A DNA stretch of 64,000 nucleotides from Azolla caroliniana. Taxonomy: Eukaryota; Plantae; Polypodiophyta. The DNA is taken from positions 13,702,001 to 13,766,000 of the forward strand of contig JBHGNT010000009.1 of assembly GCA_043228905.1 (NCBI GenBank), written 5' to 3'. The translations under genes and the position numbers were made by a program. Shown in pieces: positions 1-12,185 of this stretch. Positions within the stretch are counted from its first letter, which is position 1, and every line of letters starts with the position of its first letter. The notes under the pieces are model-generated. The model was not told where the DNA came from, did no database searches, and worked only from the letters and a program-made list of their open reading frames with translations.

Positions 1-672
1 CACTCCAGGACGAAGCACATCCAACGCATATACCATTGCCTTCAGGAGAGATTAGAATACCAAGACATCACTCTGGTGAAGATCCACACAAAGGAGAATG
101 GGTCAGATATGTTGACCAAGGTGTTGTCAACCGACAAGCTAGACTCATGCCGGAGACGGATCAGGTTAACGAAGAACCCATGCCGGAGTGAAGGGGGGGA
201 TTGTTGAGATTTCGGTACCTCCGGATGGGGACCGGTCGAGCCGGATTGGAGGATCCGGAGGAGGAAGCCAGATCGGATGGATCCGAAAGGAGTTTGGCCG
301 GATTCAGTATGAACCGTGAAGAGAGACAAATTTGTAAATATGTTTCTTATGGGCCATTGAGGCCATTTTTTGTAAATAGCCCGTACATAGTGAGCGAGAG
401 TGATACAAAAAGTCTTCTATTGTAACTGTCGGTTGGCAAAGCTAGAGCAAGAGACCGTTGCCTCCAAGTCTCACATTACAGTACCTCTTCTCTATAGTGA
501 TCTTGTTTGGAGTCAAAGAACTCCCTTGGTTTTTCCTCTTGAGGTTTTCCACATAAATATCCGGTGTCACCTCATTTGACTGTGTAAGTGCATTCATTCT
601 CTTGTTAATCTTCCATTTGTATTGTGAAATTTGGTTGTGAAATTTGGTTGTGGCCAAGCGCGATTATCTGCA
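1..672 (+). mobile_element. 3' end of a Ty1/copia LTR retrotransposon (RNase H tail, PPT, 3' LTR), inserted into another copia
   Basis: Frame 1 from base 1 reads HSRTKHIQRIYH...LVKIHTKENGSDMLTK, a copia RNase H C-terminus. PPT GAAGGGGGGA at ~190-200; LTR starts TGTTGAG at 202 and ends ~672-681, where minus-strand copia coding sequence resumes. Confidence 0.85.
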
Positions 673-2269
673 TGTTCGACAATCTGGCCGACCAAGACCA
701 AGTTTTCCGTGATGGTTGGAACAGGCAGGATGTTCTTTAGGTAGGTTTGTTTTCCGTCATTCCCGAATGGGACATTTTCAATATGCCAAATTGAGTTGTG
801 TCATCTCTGGTTTTGACATAGCCGGGTTGATCGGGCTTACTCAACTCTCGGAACCAATCTTCGTGAGACGTCATGTGATTGGACGATCTAGAGACTACAA
901 ACCATATATTGTCTGGGGAAGAGGTACTAGTCGAACCTTGTGCCGATGTCGAATGAGCTTTATGCCTCATTACGAACATCCTGCCATGATCGTCATAATC
1001 AAAATTCGTGGCATAGTTTGTGAGTTGTCGGCTAGTCGAAGCCGACTCTCGATTCTTCTTTCGGCACTCCTCTTGTAGTGGTCGAGTTTTCCACAATACC
1101 CGCATTCAATCGGGTTGTTTTGGTGGCTCGGTCTAGCAGGATGGCTCTCCCTTCTACTGAAGTCCCTAGGTGTGTTTCTGGCCTCTTGCCCAATGATGGG
1201 AATTGCACTCTCGGGTCCTTTGAGCCTATAGGCCTCTATTTACTCTGCCAAATCCTCTTCCATCATCCGATTGGGAGTAGAGCATCTGATCATCGGGTGG
1301 ATTGCTCCTTTGTCAAGCATGATTTTCTTCAACCAATAGTATTGATTAAAGGTCGAAAAAGGAGGGAGGATTCTCCCTTGCAAGAATGGCCGATCTGACC
1401 GTGTCGAATCGTGGTGCTAGACCGCTGAGGCATATTTGTACCATTTCATCATCATCGATGACGACGTTGATCGAGCCGAGGGCATCACATAGCTCCTTGA
1501 TCTTCAAGGTATAGTTGGTGATTAACATGTCCCTCTATTTCATAATGTTTAACTCCTGTTGGAGTTGGAGTTTTCGTGCAGTCGTGTTGGCTGCGAAAAT
1601 CTTCTTGAGATTGCCCCAAGCTTCTTTTGGCATTTTTGTCTCTTGAATATAGTCGAGCATGTGATCATGAAAGCATGATGCAAGGTAATACACCACACGA
1701 CTAGCCGCCTGCTCCCATTCTAGGTAGTTGGCATGTGTTGGGTTGGGTTGGTTTTCGTTAGCTCCTTCGATATAGCTCCAATAACCTTGTCTGACAAGGT
1801 ATTGATGCATCTTGTATTCCCAAGATGCAAAGTTTGTCCTGTCGAGCTTCTTTGTAGGAAGAGCGCTTCCCATTTGAATATTCATGGTGTTGATTTCTTC
1901 TCTGTTATTGAACCGGTTCTGTTGATTGTTGGTGTGTAGCAAGAAACAGTTGAATAAGCTCGATCAGAAAACTACACGCTCTGATACCATGTAAAGAACC
2001 GAGAGTGATTATGTGCAGCGGAAGTAAACTCTATGTGTGTGTGTGTGTGTACGTAAGACAAGCAGAGAGAGAGAGAGAGAGAGCTTTGAACAAGAAGCTA
2101 TATTAGTGAAAAGATAAATTACATCCAACAGTAACTAAGTTACAAAAAGTTGGTTTAAAAACCAACTAGTCTAGGGCAACTGCCCTTTCTACTATCTACA
2201 AAACTAGCCTAGTATGACCATTGTCTAGTTTGAAAGCTATTTTGAGGAAGTTGAGTTCGATTCTCAACA
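673..2269 (-). mobile_element. 5' part of a degenerate Ty1/copia element (5' LTR, PBS, gag, protease region)
   Basis: LTR 2269->1990 (TGTTGAG...TACA); PBS TGGTATCAGAGC (tRNA-iMet) at 1989-1978. Gag reads MGSALPTKKLDRTNFASWEYKMHQYL and ALGSINVVIDDDEMVQICL; protease-region WFVVSRSSNHMT. Stops and frameshifts present. Homologous to the copia at 28283-43730. Confidence 0.9.
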
Positions 2270-4190
2270 AAAATCATATGGTAGATTTGAGCATCGTAGT
2301 ATTCCTTATCAAACCACATTTTCCTTGAGCTACATTTAGTGTCGCACCATGTAAGTTAAATTGTAATCGAAAAGAATATTTTTACTCTTGAGAAAAAGCA
2401 TCTTGAACGGTTTCCATTTTCATTCTAGTGCTATAACATTTTCAAATTTGATCTTTTCTAACATATCTCAACCATCTTGACATATGAATGTGATTGTTTA
2501 CTGTCTATGCACAAATATAGTCTACTTGCATTATCATTTAACATCATATACTCAAACCCTTCCATACATTTTCGATCAATACATAATGTTTTATGTTCCA
2601 ATCAAAACTTATGCGTGCAAACTTAAGATATCCTCTAAGAATAAAATATAGTCAAACATAGTCTCCATCATGTTTTCTATGAGTAAAATCACCAATATAA
2701 TTCCATAAAGAAACATCATTTTTTATGAGCATTTGAATATTGTTACATATGTGGAGAAGTAATTTTCCATTATGATCCTAATCATTTTCATCCATAAAAT
2801 AGTGAACATACATGTGTATATCCTCTTGCATTGTTAGGATACATGGCATTAAAGATCGTTGTACACCATGTTGCAAAATGTTTATCTGTTCATTCATGGC
2901 ACCAAATAAAATAACCTCCATTGGATCGACAAACAGTTGGCCTCTATCTAAACAAGCATAACAATTAGAATCATAATGAGGAATATAGCATCTAGTTACA
3001 AAAGTGGGAATTCCATTTAGTGTTATTATTTTAAACGACGTGTAGTATTTATGCTCATTATCTTTAACATGGAGATGCAATCTTTCAATCCCGTCTTAAT
3101 CAAACATGTAATCCCTCCCTTTCCTCTTCATTGTCTTGGTTTTTTCACCCATATTATTGTCATCTTGATTGTCTGGGAGTGTATGTTGTATTTGTCCAAA
3201 CCTTGAATACTTCAGATATCATGCTCTTAAGTTTCAACAAGAAGTATACTGCTTATTTATTTGATTAACTCAACTATACATGTGCCTACATTCTATGAGT
3301 GTCCATTTCCAATTCCAAAAGCATTTTCAAAGAATATTAAGAGTCCCTATTGATTCAAGAGCCTTCCCTATTTATGTATCTTCTTGGCTTGCCATGCATC
3401 CTTAAGCTTACGTTTCCTTTTCTCCTCATATGCTTTAGGACAAGCATTTTATTGTGAGAAGGCATCATCTCAAACACAAAGCCTTCACGTGTACCTCATA
3501 GATAGATCCAACTAGTTTTATGTATGATCCTTCTTGTTGTTTCTTTAACCATTGTCATATTGTAGGGCTTTCTCAATAGGAATATACATCTTTGTTTTCT
3601 AACTCTAAAGGTGCCATAAGTGTCACTCTTGACATCCCATAGTTTGTATTTATGAACTCCCCAAATGACACACCCAAGTGATATAAGTGATTTCGTATTA
3701 TCCTCCAAGATCCTACAAATGACATTGCTCTTGGATTGTCATTCTCATTCTTTCAATTCCTGTGCGTTTCATATTTCTCATATTCTTTGTTTATGCTGGA
3801 TAACTTGCATGATAAGGGAATGAGAAACGACATTATTATTGTTGCAGACGTTAGGCCATGACTTTATTGTTGCATACTTTGTTCATTTCTCTTATATCAC
3901 ACCGCATGGTATCCATTTCCCTTTTCTTTCAATGCCTACTAGTTCATTTACTTCCACACGAGATTGCTTATAGTGTTTGATGTTCTTGTGTGAGCTGTAT
4001 ACCCCAAACTATTTTTTGAGATTCTCATTCTCAACGACAAGAACCTTTTATTTTCCATCTTCTATGTTGTGAGGTCCAATGAATCTTGCTCACCTTGAAT
4101 GCATATATGAGGATATCTTCTGTAAAGAAAACAAAGTGACATATATGCAACAATTGTATTGTCAACTACTATTGTGAGCCAACGCATTGT

Positions 4191-4662
4191 CATGGGTGGG
4201 CATGGAGATGGAGAACCTTTGGTGATTTAGTCTCATTTCTAAATTGTGGTGGCCTTGAATAGATAGGTGAGAGAAACTAGGTTTCATGGGTGGGCATGGA
4301 GATGGAGAACCTTTGGTGATTTAGTCTCATTTCTCAATTGTGGTGGCCTTGAATAGATAGGTGAGAGAAACTAGGTTTCATGGGTGGGCATGGAGATGGA
4401 GAACCTTTGGTGATTTAGTCTCATTTCTCAATTGTGGTGGCCTTGAATAGATAGGTGAGAGAAACTAGGTTTCATGGGTGGGCATGGAGATCGAGAACCT
4501 TTGGTGATTTAGGCTCATTTCTCAATTGTGGTGGCCTTGAATAGATAGGTGAGAGAAACTAGGTTTCATGGGTGGGCATGGAGATCGAGAACCTTTGGTG
4601 ATTTAGGCTCATTTCTCAATTGTGGTGGCCTTGAATAGATAGGTGAGAGAAACTAGGTTTCA
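4191..4662. repeat. Tandem array, 5 x 94 bp
   Basis: Unit CATGGGTGGGCATGGAGA...GAGAAACTAGGTTT starts at 4191, 4285, 4379, 4473 and 4567; copies near-identical. Confidence 0.97.
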
Positions 4663-4720
4663 AACGGAAGACGTCGTGGTGTGGTGCTAATATGTAGTCT
4701 AACAACTTACTTACCATTAC

Positions 4721-4985
4721 CACTAGGATAAGCTAATTACGATAATATACATATATACATATATATATGTACACACACACATACTAGGATAAGCTAATTA
4801 CGATAATATACATATATACATATACACACACACACACATATATATCTATGTATATAAAGGGACCACATGAAATAGATATAAAAAGGAGAGCACATTTGGT
4901 TTTGTTTGCTGCTGGTTTGGACTTTGAACGATCGATCGATTATTGAATTGAATTGAATGGAATTGAATGGAATGGAATGGAATAA
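4721..4985. repeat. Short duplication plus microsatellites upstream of the PPR gene
   Basis: ACTAGGATAAGCTAATTACGATAATATACATATATACA occurs twice (~4722, ~4783) with (TA)n/(CA)n runs; (GAATT/GAATG)n at ~4944-4983. Confidence 0.8.
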
Positions 4986-5075
4986 GCTCTGATGCAGAAG
5001 GGAGTTCGTTAGCAAAATTCTCCCGCTGCTCTGCTTCCTGCTTCCTGTCCATGAGAACCAAGTGGTGTTCATGGG

Positions 5076-7835
5076 ATGGGATGGGAAGGGATGGGCGGCA
5101 TCATGGGAGACACAGAGATGGGCTTCCATAGGCTTCTCCTCTCTCACAGAGGCCAGCATCATCTGGAATGCCATGTCTATCTCTCTCTGTTCAAAGCATT
5201 GCACAGAGCTAAATCTCTCACTGACATACGGCTTCTTCATGGCCATCTCGTTATGGATGGCCATCCCAGCCTCAATGGACGTCTTGGTAACCACCTGGTC
5301 ATCACCCTGGCCAAATGTGGTGCCCTCCATGACGCCCATACGCTGCTGCACACATTGGACCACAGAAGCATCAATGCTTGGACATCTTTAATATCGGGTT
5401 ATGCGAACATACATAGAGGTGAGGATGCCCTTGAAGCTTACCAGGAAATGCTCAGTGATGGTCTACAACCAGACCATTATACTTATGTTGCCCTTTTTAA
5501 GACATGTGGGAGTTTGTCCAACTTGGTCATGGGTGTACATTTTCATGACGTTGCAAGGAGGAATGGCTTTGTGTCAATAGGGTTTGTCAGGAATACTCTT
5601 GTTCGCATGTACGGGAAGTGCGGTAGCACCCTAGATGCCGAGAAAGTGTTTCATGAGCTTGGGTCCGCCCACCTCGATGTTGTCTCATGGAATGCGATGC
5701 TATCGGTCTATGTGGAGCACGGACACAATGAAAAAGCAATGCGTCTTTTTCGACAATTGGTAGAGGAAAATGTTACCCCTGATCATATCTCATTTGTGAA
5801 TGCACTTCAAGCTTGTGGTGGTCTTGCAAAGAAGTATGATACATCTCGAACATTGTATCTAGAGATCGGTCGAGCATTACATGCCGATGCACGAAGGAAA
5901 GGATTAAGTTCTGACGTTTACGTGAGAAGCACATTTCTTAGTATGTATGGGAAGTGTGGGGGGCTCATTGAAGCTGAGAATGTTTTCAAGTCCTTGTGCT
6001 TACTTGATGTCGTGACATGGAATGCCATGTTTTCCTCTTATGTGGAATTAAATGAGGGTAAGAAGGTCTTGCAACTTTACAGCCAAATGCAAAGGGAAGG
6101 AGCAAAACCGAACCAACAAACTCTTGTGATTGCTCTTCAAGCATGTGGTATTCTGGCTGAGAAAGAAGAAGAGTTGGTTACTGAATTGGGATTGAAGAAA
6201 AGGATATCGCTCCAGATCGGTGAGGCATTGTATGTGGATGCTGCTCAGTGGAAGGATTTTATGTCAAACCCTTTCGTTTCAAACAGCCTCTTAACTATGT
6301 TTGGTAGGTGTGGAGATCTCCCTCAAGCAGAGGCTATATTTCAAGGGTCGTCAAAAGTTGAAATTATATCATGGAACGCCATGCTCTCGGCTTATATCGA
6401 CCAACATGAAGCTATCAAGGCCATAACATTGTATCGACAATTGTGTGAAGAAAAAGAGCCTCCGAACCACTTAACTTTTGTGATTATTTTTCAAGCATGT
6501 GGCATCCTTGCAGATAAAGAAGAAACTGTTTTTGCTCACTGTGGAGAAATATCAAATAAACAGGTGGCTTTGCGGATTGGGCAAGCATTGCATGCTGATG
6601 CAAGGAGGAAAAGCTATAGTTCTGATATGTTTGTCAACAATACCCTTGTTAGTATGTATGGAAAATGTGGAAGCATCAAAGAAGCCGAGTGTGTTTTTGT
6701 AGGGTTGCCAGAGTATAATATCGTGGCATGCAATGCAATGATATCCGCTTATGTTGATAACAATGAGAATAATAAGGCCTTGCAATTGTATAGTAAGATG
6801 TTTGAAGAAGATATGAATCCGAATGAGTTGACATTTGTGCTTTTGCTTCAAGCATGCATAGGGATTGTGGAAATGGCTGGTGATATTCTTGTTTATTCGA
6901 AGGAGTTGTTACCGGAGCTTTGTCATGCGTTGGATGCTATCATCATTGAGAAAGGGTTCAACACAGACGTATGGGTCAGAAGCACACTCATAAGTATGTA
7001 TGGGAAATGCGGAGTAATCAATAAAGCAAAAAACATGCTTGATGAAATGCCAATGAGCAATGTTGTCCCTTGGAATGCAATGCTTTCCTCGTTTGTAGAG
7101 CGAGCCCAAGGAGACAAAGCCTTAGAGTTGTACAATAGAATGCAAGAGAGAAACATAACTATCACTGATATCACATTTCTATGTGTATTGCAAGCATGTG
7201 GCGGTGTGGGTTGCTTGGAGTTTTGCAAAGAAATTCATTTTGGTATTGCTTGTGTCGGGTATGATGGTAACCCTGCCATAGCGAACACTCTTATATTCGC
7301 ATATGGGAATTGTGGAAATGTCGTGGATGCCACAATGGTGTTTGATGGTTTCCATCATCATCCAGTAGTGACATGGAATTCATGCATTGCAGGCCATGCA
7401 CATGAAGGTAACTGTCTGGAGGGCATATATCTCTTTGAAGAGATGCATTTGGAAGGGAAGGAACCTGATGACATAACGTATCTTTCGCTTCTCACTATGT
7501 ATAGTCATAGTGGTCTCGTTGATGATGGTGTATGCTTCTTCAAATATGTAAGTAAGGGGTGCCAAGGGGGTATTCCCGACATGAAACACTATGCCGTTTT
7601 AATTGATATGCTTGGGCGGGCAGGTGCGCTGAAGGGTGTCCAAAGCATTGTTATGGAGATGCCGATGCCACCTAGCCTGCCCATCTGGCTATGTGTAATG
7701 AGCTCTTGTAGGACTCATGGAGATGTGGTGTTGGGTGAACTCATGTTTGATTGTGCAGCACGCCTTTACCCTACAGACGCTGCATTGTATGTCTTGATGG
7801 CCAACTTGTACTCTGATATTGGTTGTACAAAGTAA
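5076..7835 (+). CDS. PLS-class pentatricopeptide repeat protein with E domain and no DYW (probable organellar RNA-editing specificity factor)
   Basis: Intact intronless 919-aa ORF with repeated P-L-S triplets (DVVSWNAMLS / FVNALQACG / NTLVSMYGKCG) and P2-L2-S2 (SHSGLVDDG, HYAVLIDMLGRAG). E1 (MPMPPSLPIWLCVMSSCRTHGD) is followed by a truncated E2 (AALYVLMANLY) and then the stop. Confidence 0.95.
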   Translation: MGWEGMGGIMGDTEMGFHRLLLSHRGQHHLECHVYLSLFKALHRAKSLTDIRLLHGHLVMDGHPSLNGRLGNHLVITLAKCGALHDAHTLLHTLDHRSINAWTSLISGYANIHRGEDALEAYQEMLSDGLQPDHYTYVALFKTCGSLSNLVMGVHFHDVARRNGFVSIGFVRNTLVRMYGKCGSTLDAEKVFHELGSAHLDVVSWNAMLSVYVEHGHNEKAMRLFRQLVEENVTPDHISFVNALQACGGLAKKYDTSRTLYLEIGRALHADARRKGLSSDVYVRSTFLSMYGKCGGLIEAENVFKSLCLLDVVTWNAMFSSYVELNEGKKVLQLYSQMQREGAKPNQQTLVIALQACGILAEKEEELVTELGLKKRISLQIGEALYVDAAQWKDFMSNPFVSNSLLTMFGRCGDLPQAEAIFQGSSKVEIISWNAMLSAYIDQHEAIKAITLYRQLCEEKEPPNHLTFVIIFQACGILADKEETVFAHCGEISNKQVALRIGQALHADARRKSYSSDMFVNNTLVSMYGKCGSIKEAECVFVGLPEYNIVACNAMISAYVDNNENNKALQLYSKMFEEDMNPNELTFVLLLQACIGIVEMAGDILVYSKELLPELCHALDAIIIEKGFNTDVWVRSTLISMYGKCGVINKAKNMLDEMPMSNVVPWNAMLSSFVERAQGDKALELYNRMQERNITITDITFLCVLQACGGVGCLEFCKEIHFGIACVGYDGNPAIANTLIFAYGNCGNVVDATMVFDGFHHHPVVTWNSCIAGHAHEGNCLEGIYLFEEMHLEGKEPDDITYLSLLTMYSHSGLVDDGVCFFKYVSKGCQGGIPDMKHYAVLIDMLGRAGALKGVQSIVMEMPMPPSLPIWLCVMSSCRTHGDVVLGELMFDCAARLYPTDAALYVLMANLYSDIGCTK

Positions 7836-10095
7836 TGAAATAGTTAATAATAAATAGGGTGCCAGAATCATTGAAACCTGAAGCAGACAAAGCCACTATT
7901 TTTCAAAGTTGTTGAATATTTATGCCTTTTGATGAAAACCTTTGGACACACATCAACTGTTGTAAAGGAAATTCAAGTGAATCCAAAACTAATTTTATCC
8001 ACGTCGATGTTAGAAAAAGATACAACAAAGAAAGAGCATGGCAAATTTACCAAATTCCCTTGATTGTTTAAGAATGCCTAGGGTACCCATCTCTCTCTCT
8101 TTCTTCTTGTATGCCTTTAAACTTTTTATGTTTGGGCTTTGCCCTAGAGATATAACCAAAGTCTTTGAAAACTCATGTACCTTGTTCAAAATTCACTATA
8201 TGTACCATATAGATATCGAGTTCGAGATAGATGCAAAATATAAAGAAATTGTTTGAAAGATGGGAAGCATTACAATTAATGATGCGTCAGCTGATTTGTG
8301 TGTGAATGAGGCTTTTATGCAATACCGGTGTACCATGGTTTGGGAGATATGCGGAGATTCGTGTTCCACGCATTATATTATGTATGTTCCACCAATATAC
8401 AAAATTCTTTTTTTCCAAATTGGAAAAACTGCAATCACCAATACTTTCATGCTAGAGTCCATCCTTTGTTTGCCTTCTCCATGATTAACTATAAAACTTA
8501 GCTCACATTTTGTTTGATGTGAGGCTACAAAGGAAATGTATGGAATATGCTTGGTTGATCTTTATTTGAACGTGTTTGTGAGTCTATGATATTGTTACGA
8601 TGCTCCAAACTTAGACCAATCTGAGTTTGCTTTCCATAGCATTCAATCTGATCCAATCCTTTGTACACATTTCTCTTAGAATCACAATGTTGTTACTCGC
8701 AGTTATGATGGTTATAAATAAAATTCTTGAACACATGCACCAAGTGAAAATGTTTCACTTTTGGTTCCATTGGTCAAATTTGACTTTTGTGGGCAATGAT
8801 AAATCTCTCATACATTCCCGATGAGATTACCCTCTTGATAAGCTATTTGCCTTTGACACCTTTGTTAAAAGATATCTCACTTCTCCAAAGGTGCATTCTA
8901 CATCAATGTATCAAATTAACGACCTCATGGTCTCCAAATAGTTGGCGTTACCAAACTATGGGATATATTAGGAAAAGGGATTAGTGAGTGTGTAGCAATC
9001 ACAATGGCTTGGTTTGATTTAGGAGTCTCAAAGTCAAAACTATTAAAAAAATTGAAACTTAAATCGAACCAAACTACAAAACCATTTAAGTTGAAACAAG
9101 TTAAACCAAAATCATTGTAAAATGATGTTAAGCGCATGTGTGTGACAAGTGAGCGAGAGCACTAGGATTTCAATGAGGGAAGATGGTTCTGGTTCAAGTA
9201 GATAACTTGGGAGTCTCATCATTGTTGGTTGTTGTTAGTCCCACCTTCCTTTTGATGATTTGATAACGTTGACAATGTGACTGTGTGTGCGTGTGTGTTG
9301 GGAATTCATGTTTGTTGGTTTAAGTTTGAGTATGTGCACATATGTGTAGGTTTCAATATCTCTTAGCATATAAATGTATGTATTCATGTATTTGTCTTAT
9401 TTGTGTGTGTACATGCTTGTGCGTAAGTTGGAGTGTATGTTAATGTGTAAGAGGAATGTATATGCAAATGTAGACTATGTATATCTATGAATATGTGTGG
9501 ATATAAAAGTGTATATGTATTCTTATATATATAAAAGCATAGATTGACATATTCTCATTCGTCGGGTTTCCCATTCGAATGCAAACGAATACGAATACAA
9601 ATGTATGGTCAAGTATTCATTTAACTCAAAAAAAAAAAAACTCTGTCTTTTTTAATTTCACAAGACAAAAAGAAAAGGAACTTAACAATAAATAGGGATA
9701 ATAAAAGCGGGACTTGGGGATTTGACACTACTAAATTTTTATAATAAATGTATAACTTATAACTTATAAGTATTCGTTTTATTTTTAATAAATAAAAAAA
9801 TAAAATAAAGGCTCGTTAATTTCTCACTTTTTATTCCCTCAAAATTTATGAATATTTTTATTTTGACATTAAAAATAGTACTTCAAACTACTCATATCTT
9901 TAAAGTTTATACTAATCATATTTGTATAATAAATATAAAAATATTCGTTTTTAAAAAATTAATTAATTGATTGATTAATTAAAATAAGTTTCATAAACTC
10001 TCTTGACACTATAATCTATTAATGAATCATTATGTTTTTTTGGAATGCGTTATTTGCCCCCTCACTTTTGCTATTTGCCCTCCCCCTCGTTTTGG

Positions 10096-10749
10096 CTAAA
10101 CCACTACATCCCCCCCCCCCCCCCCAAAAAAAAAATCCTTGATAGTTCTCACCTCAACATAGGTATCTCGCCATTTTGGCCCCCCAAACCCATTCTGGTC
10201 CCCCCCTAAATCGAACTGGAACTGGAAATCGGCTGCAGAAGATTCCGTCCACTCTAATTCACCCGAATAACCAACAGAATCATCAGAGCCGGTAGAAAAT
10301 TCTAGGGGATGGTCGTTCGTGGTCAAATCATAAAACTCTTGGATCAATTGGTCACCCATCGCCCATTGATTACAGTCCATGATTAATTGAAGATCATTAC
10401 CGTAAGCCATTGATCCTTGCCATTTGATCAGTGGATTCTGATCAGGGGCAATTTGGCGATAATTTGGGGTGATAAATCCTAGATCAAGGAGTAGATTGTG
10501 ATGCTCGGTCTGTTTAGGATCCAGATTCTGGGAATCGATCTGAAAGAGGGTAGATTCGGATTCAAAATGATTGGGGTTCTGAGTAAGATTGGTGGGTGGG
10601 TTGATCTGACGGTGGGGAGGAAGAGGAACGACGAATCCTAAATCATTCACAGAGGGGCCATGGATTGGGCGATTCTGGTCAGCACGACGAGGGGTACGAT
10701 CAACGGGGGTCGTGATGAGCCGCCCATGCTCTTTCTCCTCCACCACCAC
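10096..10749 (-). pseudogene. VQ-motif protein gene fragment, 3' part (low-complexity C-terminal region)
   Basis: Open frame VVEEKEHGRL...KWRDTYVEV joins ...QNQIV from 16645 in frame across the ACCAC TSD. Confidence 0.7.
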
Positions 10750-12185
10750 TGTAATGTTCATTGGTTTAGACGTGCTTATTAGGGGGCTGTCATATTGTAA
10801 TATCTGAGTCGTCGGCTTTATTGGACTGACTTGATGTGTGTCATAGGGTACCCCGCACATGATTGGTCAGGTAGATGTCATTACATGGCCTAGGTCCTAT
10901 AAATAGGGAGACTCTCCTTGGTTAAGGGAGACCCCATGAGTGGTTCAGACGTAGCTCTCTTTTATGTGGACTAGTCATCTACCAAGGTCCTAACGTGGAG
11001 ATCCTGGCTGGTATGGGACAGATCAAGATTCCTCGTCTGCGCTGTCGACTCTGGCGCGGGGGCGGATGGGTGGTAACGCGTATTTTCAGTATGATTGTGT
11101 CATTTATATCTTTATTTTAGGATTAATGATCTTGGTTATTACATATGGTATTAGAGTGGTTTTAATCCTAAAAAAATAATGTTTGATTGGATTCGCATTA
11201 TGTGCTTTAGGACGGGAAAATATGTAATATTTTTTTTTACGTACTAATGTATGTTAAATGATGGATTGGGGAAGTGTTGGCCACCTAATATACCATAGGT
11301 GATGCTTGATCGTCAAATTTTTGAGGAAATAATTGATGATCATCATATATATGGAGTGATCATTCATAATCATTTTAATTAAAATTGGCCGATAGAACTA
11401 GGGTGATGATCGTTGATTGGCGATAATCAATTGATCATCGACCTTGAGGTTTATTCGAATGGCCATAATCATCCATTACCATGGGTGCATTTTGATACGC
11501 AATGATGGATGGATAAACAACAAATCATTAGCGTTTATGGATGGATTATATGGGTGATATATGGTTGATTATGAGGATGATTATAGGATTATAGGAATAA
11601 GATCATCATCAATTATTAATCGATGTAAAGGAGAGAGATAAAGGGAAAAAATTAGTTCTCTGAGAGGGAAGCATGACTATGAGATGGATGGGAAGAATAG
11701 GGGGATGATGATTGAAGGGATGTTTTGATCATCACTCCTGTTTGTTAGCAGTGATTCTCGTGGAAATCACAAGCTATTCCCACCGACTTCCAAAAAGGGG
11801 GGATGTTTATTCCTAAAACCTAAACTAGGAATTTTCTTTAACTAAAAAAGGAGAATTTCCTAGTTTGGAAGAATTTGAGGGATTACCTTAAGAAAGGTGG
11901 TGACCAACTACACATCACCGACTTCCTAAAAAGGGGGGGTCTTATTTCCTAATGTCTAATCTAGGAATTAAAATAGATAAAAAGGGGATAATTTCCTAAA
12001 TGTGATATATCATAGGGGGGTCTTTTATCCTCACCGACTTGAATGTAAAAAGGTATATAGTATTATATCTCATGATAATATATCATATTTCACTCCCTCA
12101 TCCAAATTCTAAAGTCTTATAATACTTTAGTACTTTAGACTTTACTATACTTATTTCCTTCCTCTCTCAACTCTCCTTATTTTTC

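Noticed and set aside
2205-2269. Another tRNA-like module in the copia LTR (TAGCCTAGT...GAGTTCGATTCTC)
   Set aside because: The T-arm look-alike is perfect, but the A-box is poor and spacing is 50 nt. The related copia has the same terminal stem with a non-T-loop sequence, so it is counted only as a terminal hairpin.
2300-4190. Coding or TE remnant on the minus strand (ORFs 2778-3080, 3496-3708)
   Set aside because: AT-rich, short ORFs with no recognisable motif beyond a weak DRGQLF.
4191-4662. Regularly spaced repeats as a CRISPR array
   Set aside because: Units are contiguous and near-identical with no unique spacers; the context is eukaryotic and there are no cas genes.
7900-9140. Very old gypsy pol remnant (FLYAFKLFMFGLC, INDASADLCVNEAFMQ)
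   Set aside because: Only faint RT/RH-like motifs and no boundaries; needs a translated HMM search.
10750-10860. N-terminus of ORF 10096-10860 as a real protein start
   Set aside because: These codons lie in the antisense strand of the gypsy 5' LTR; the true upstream part is at 16645-16910.
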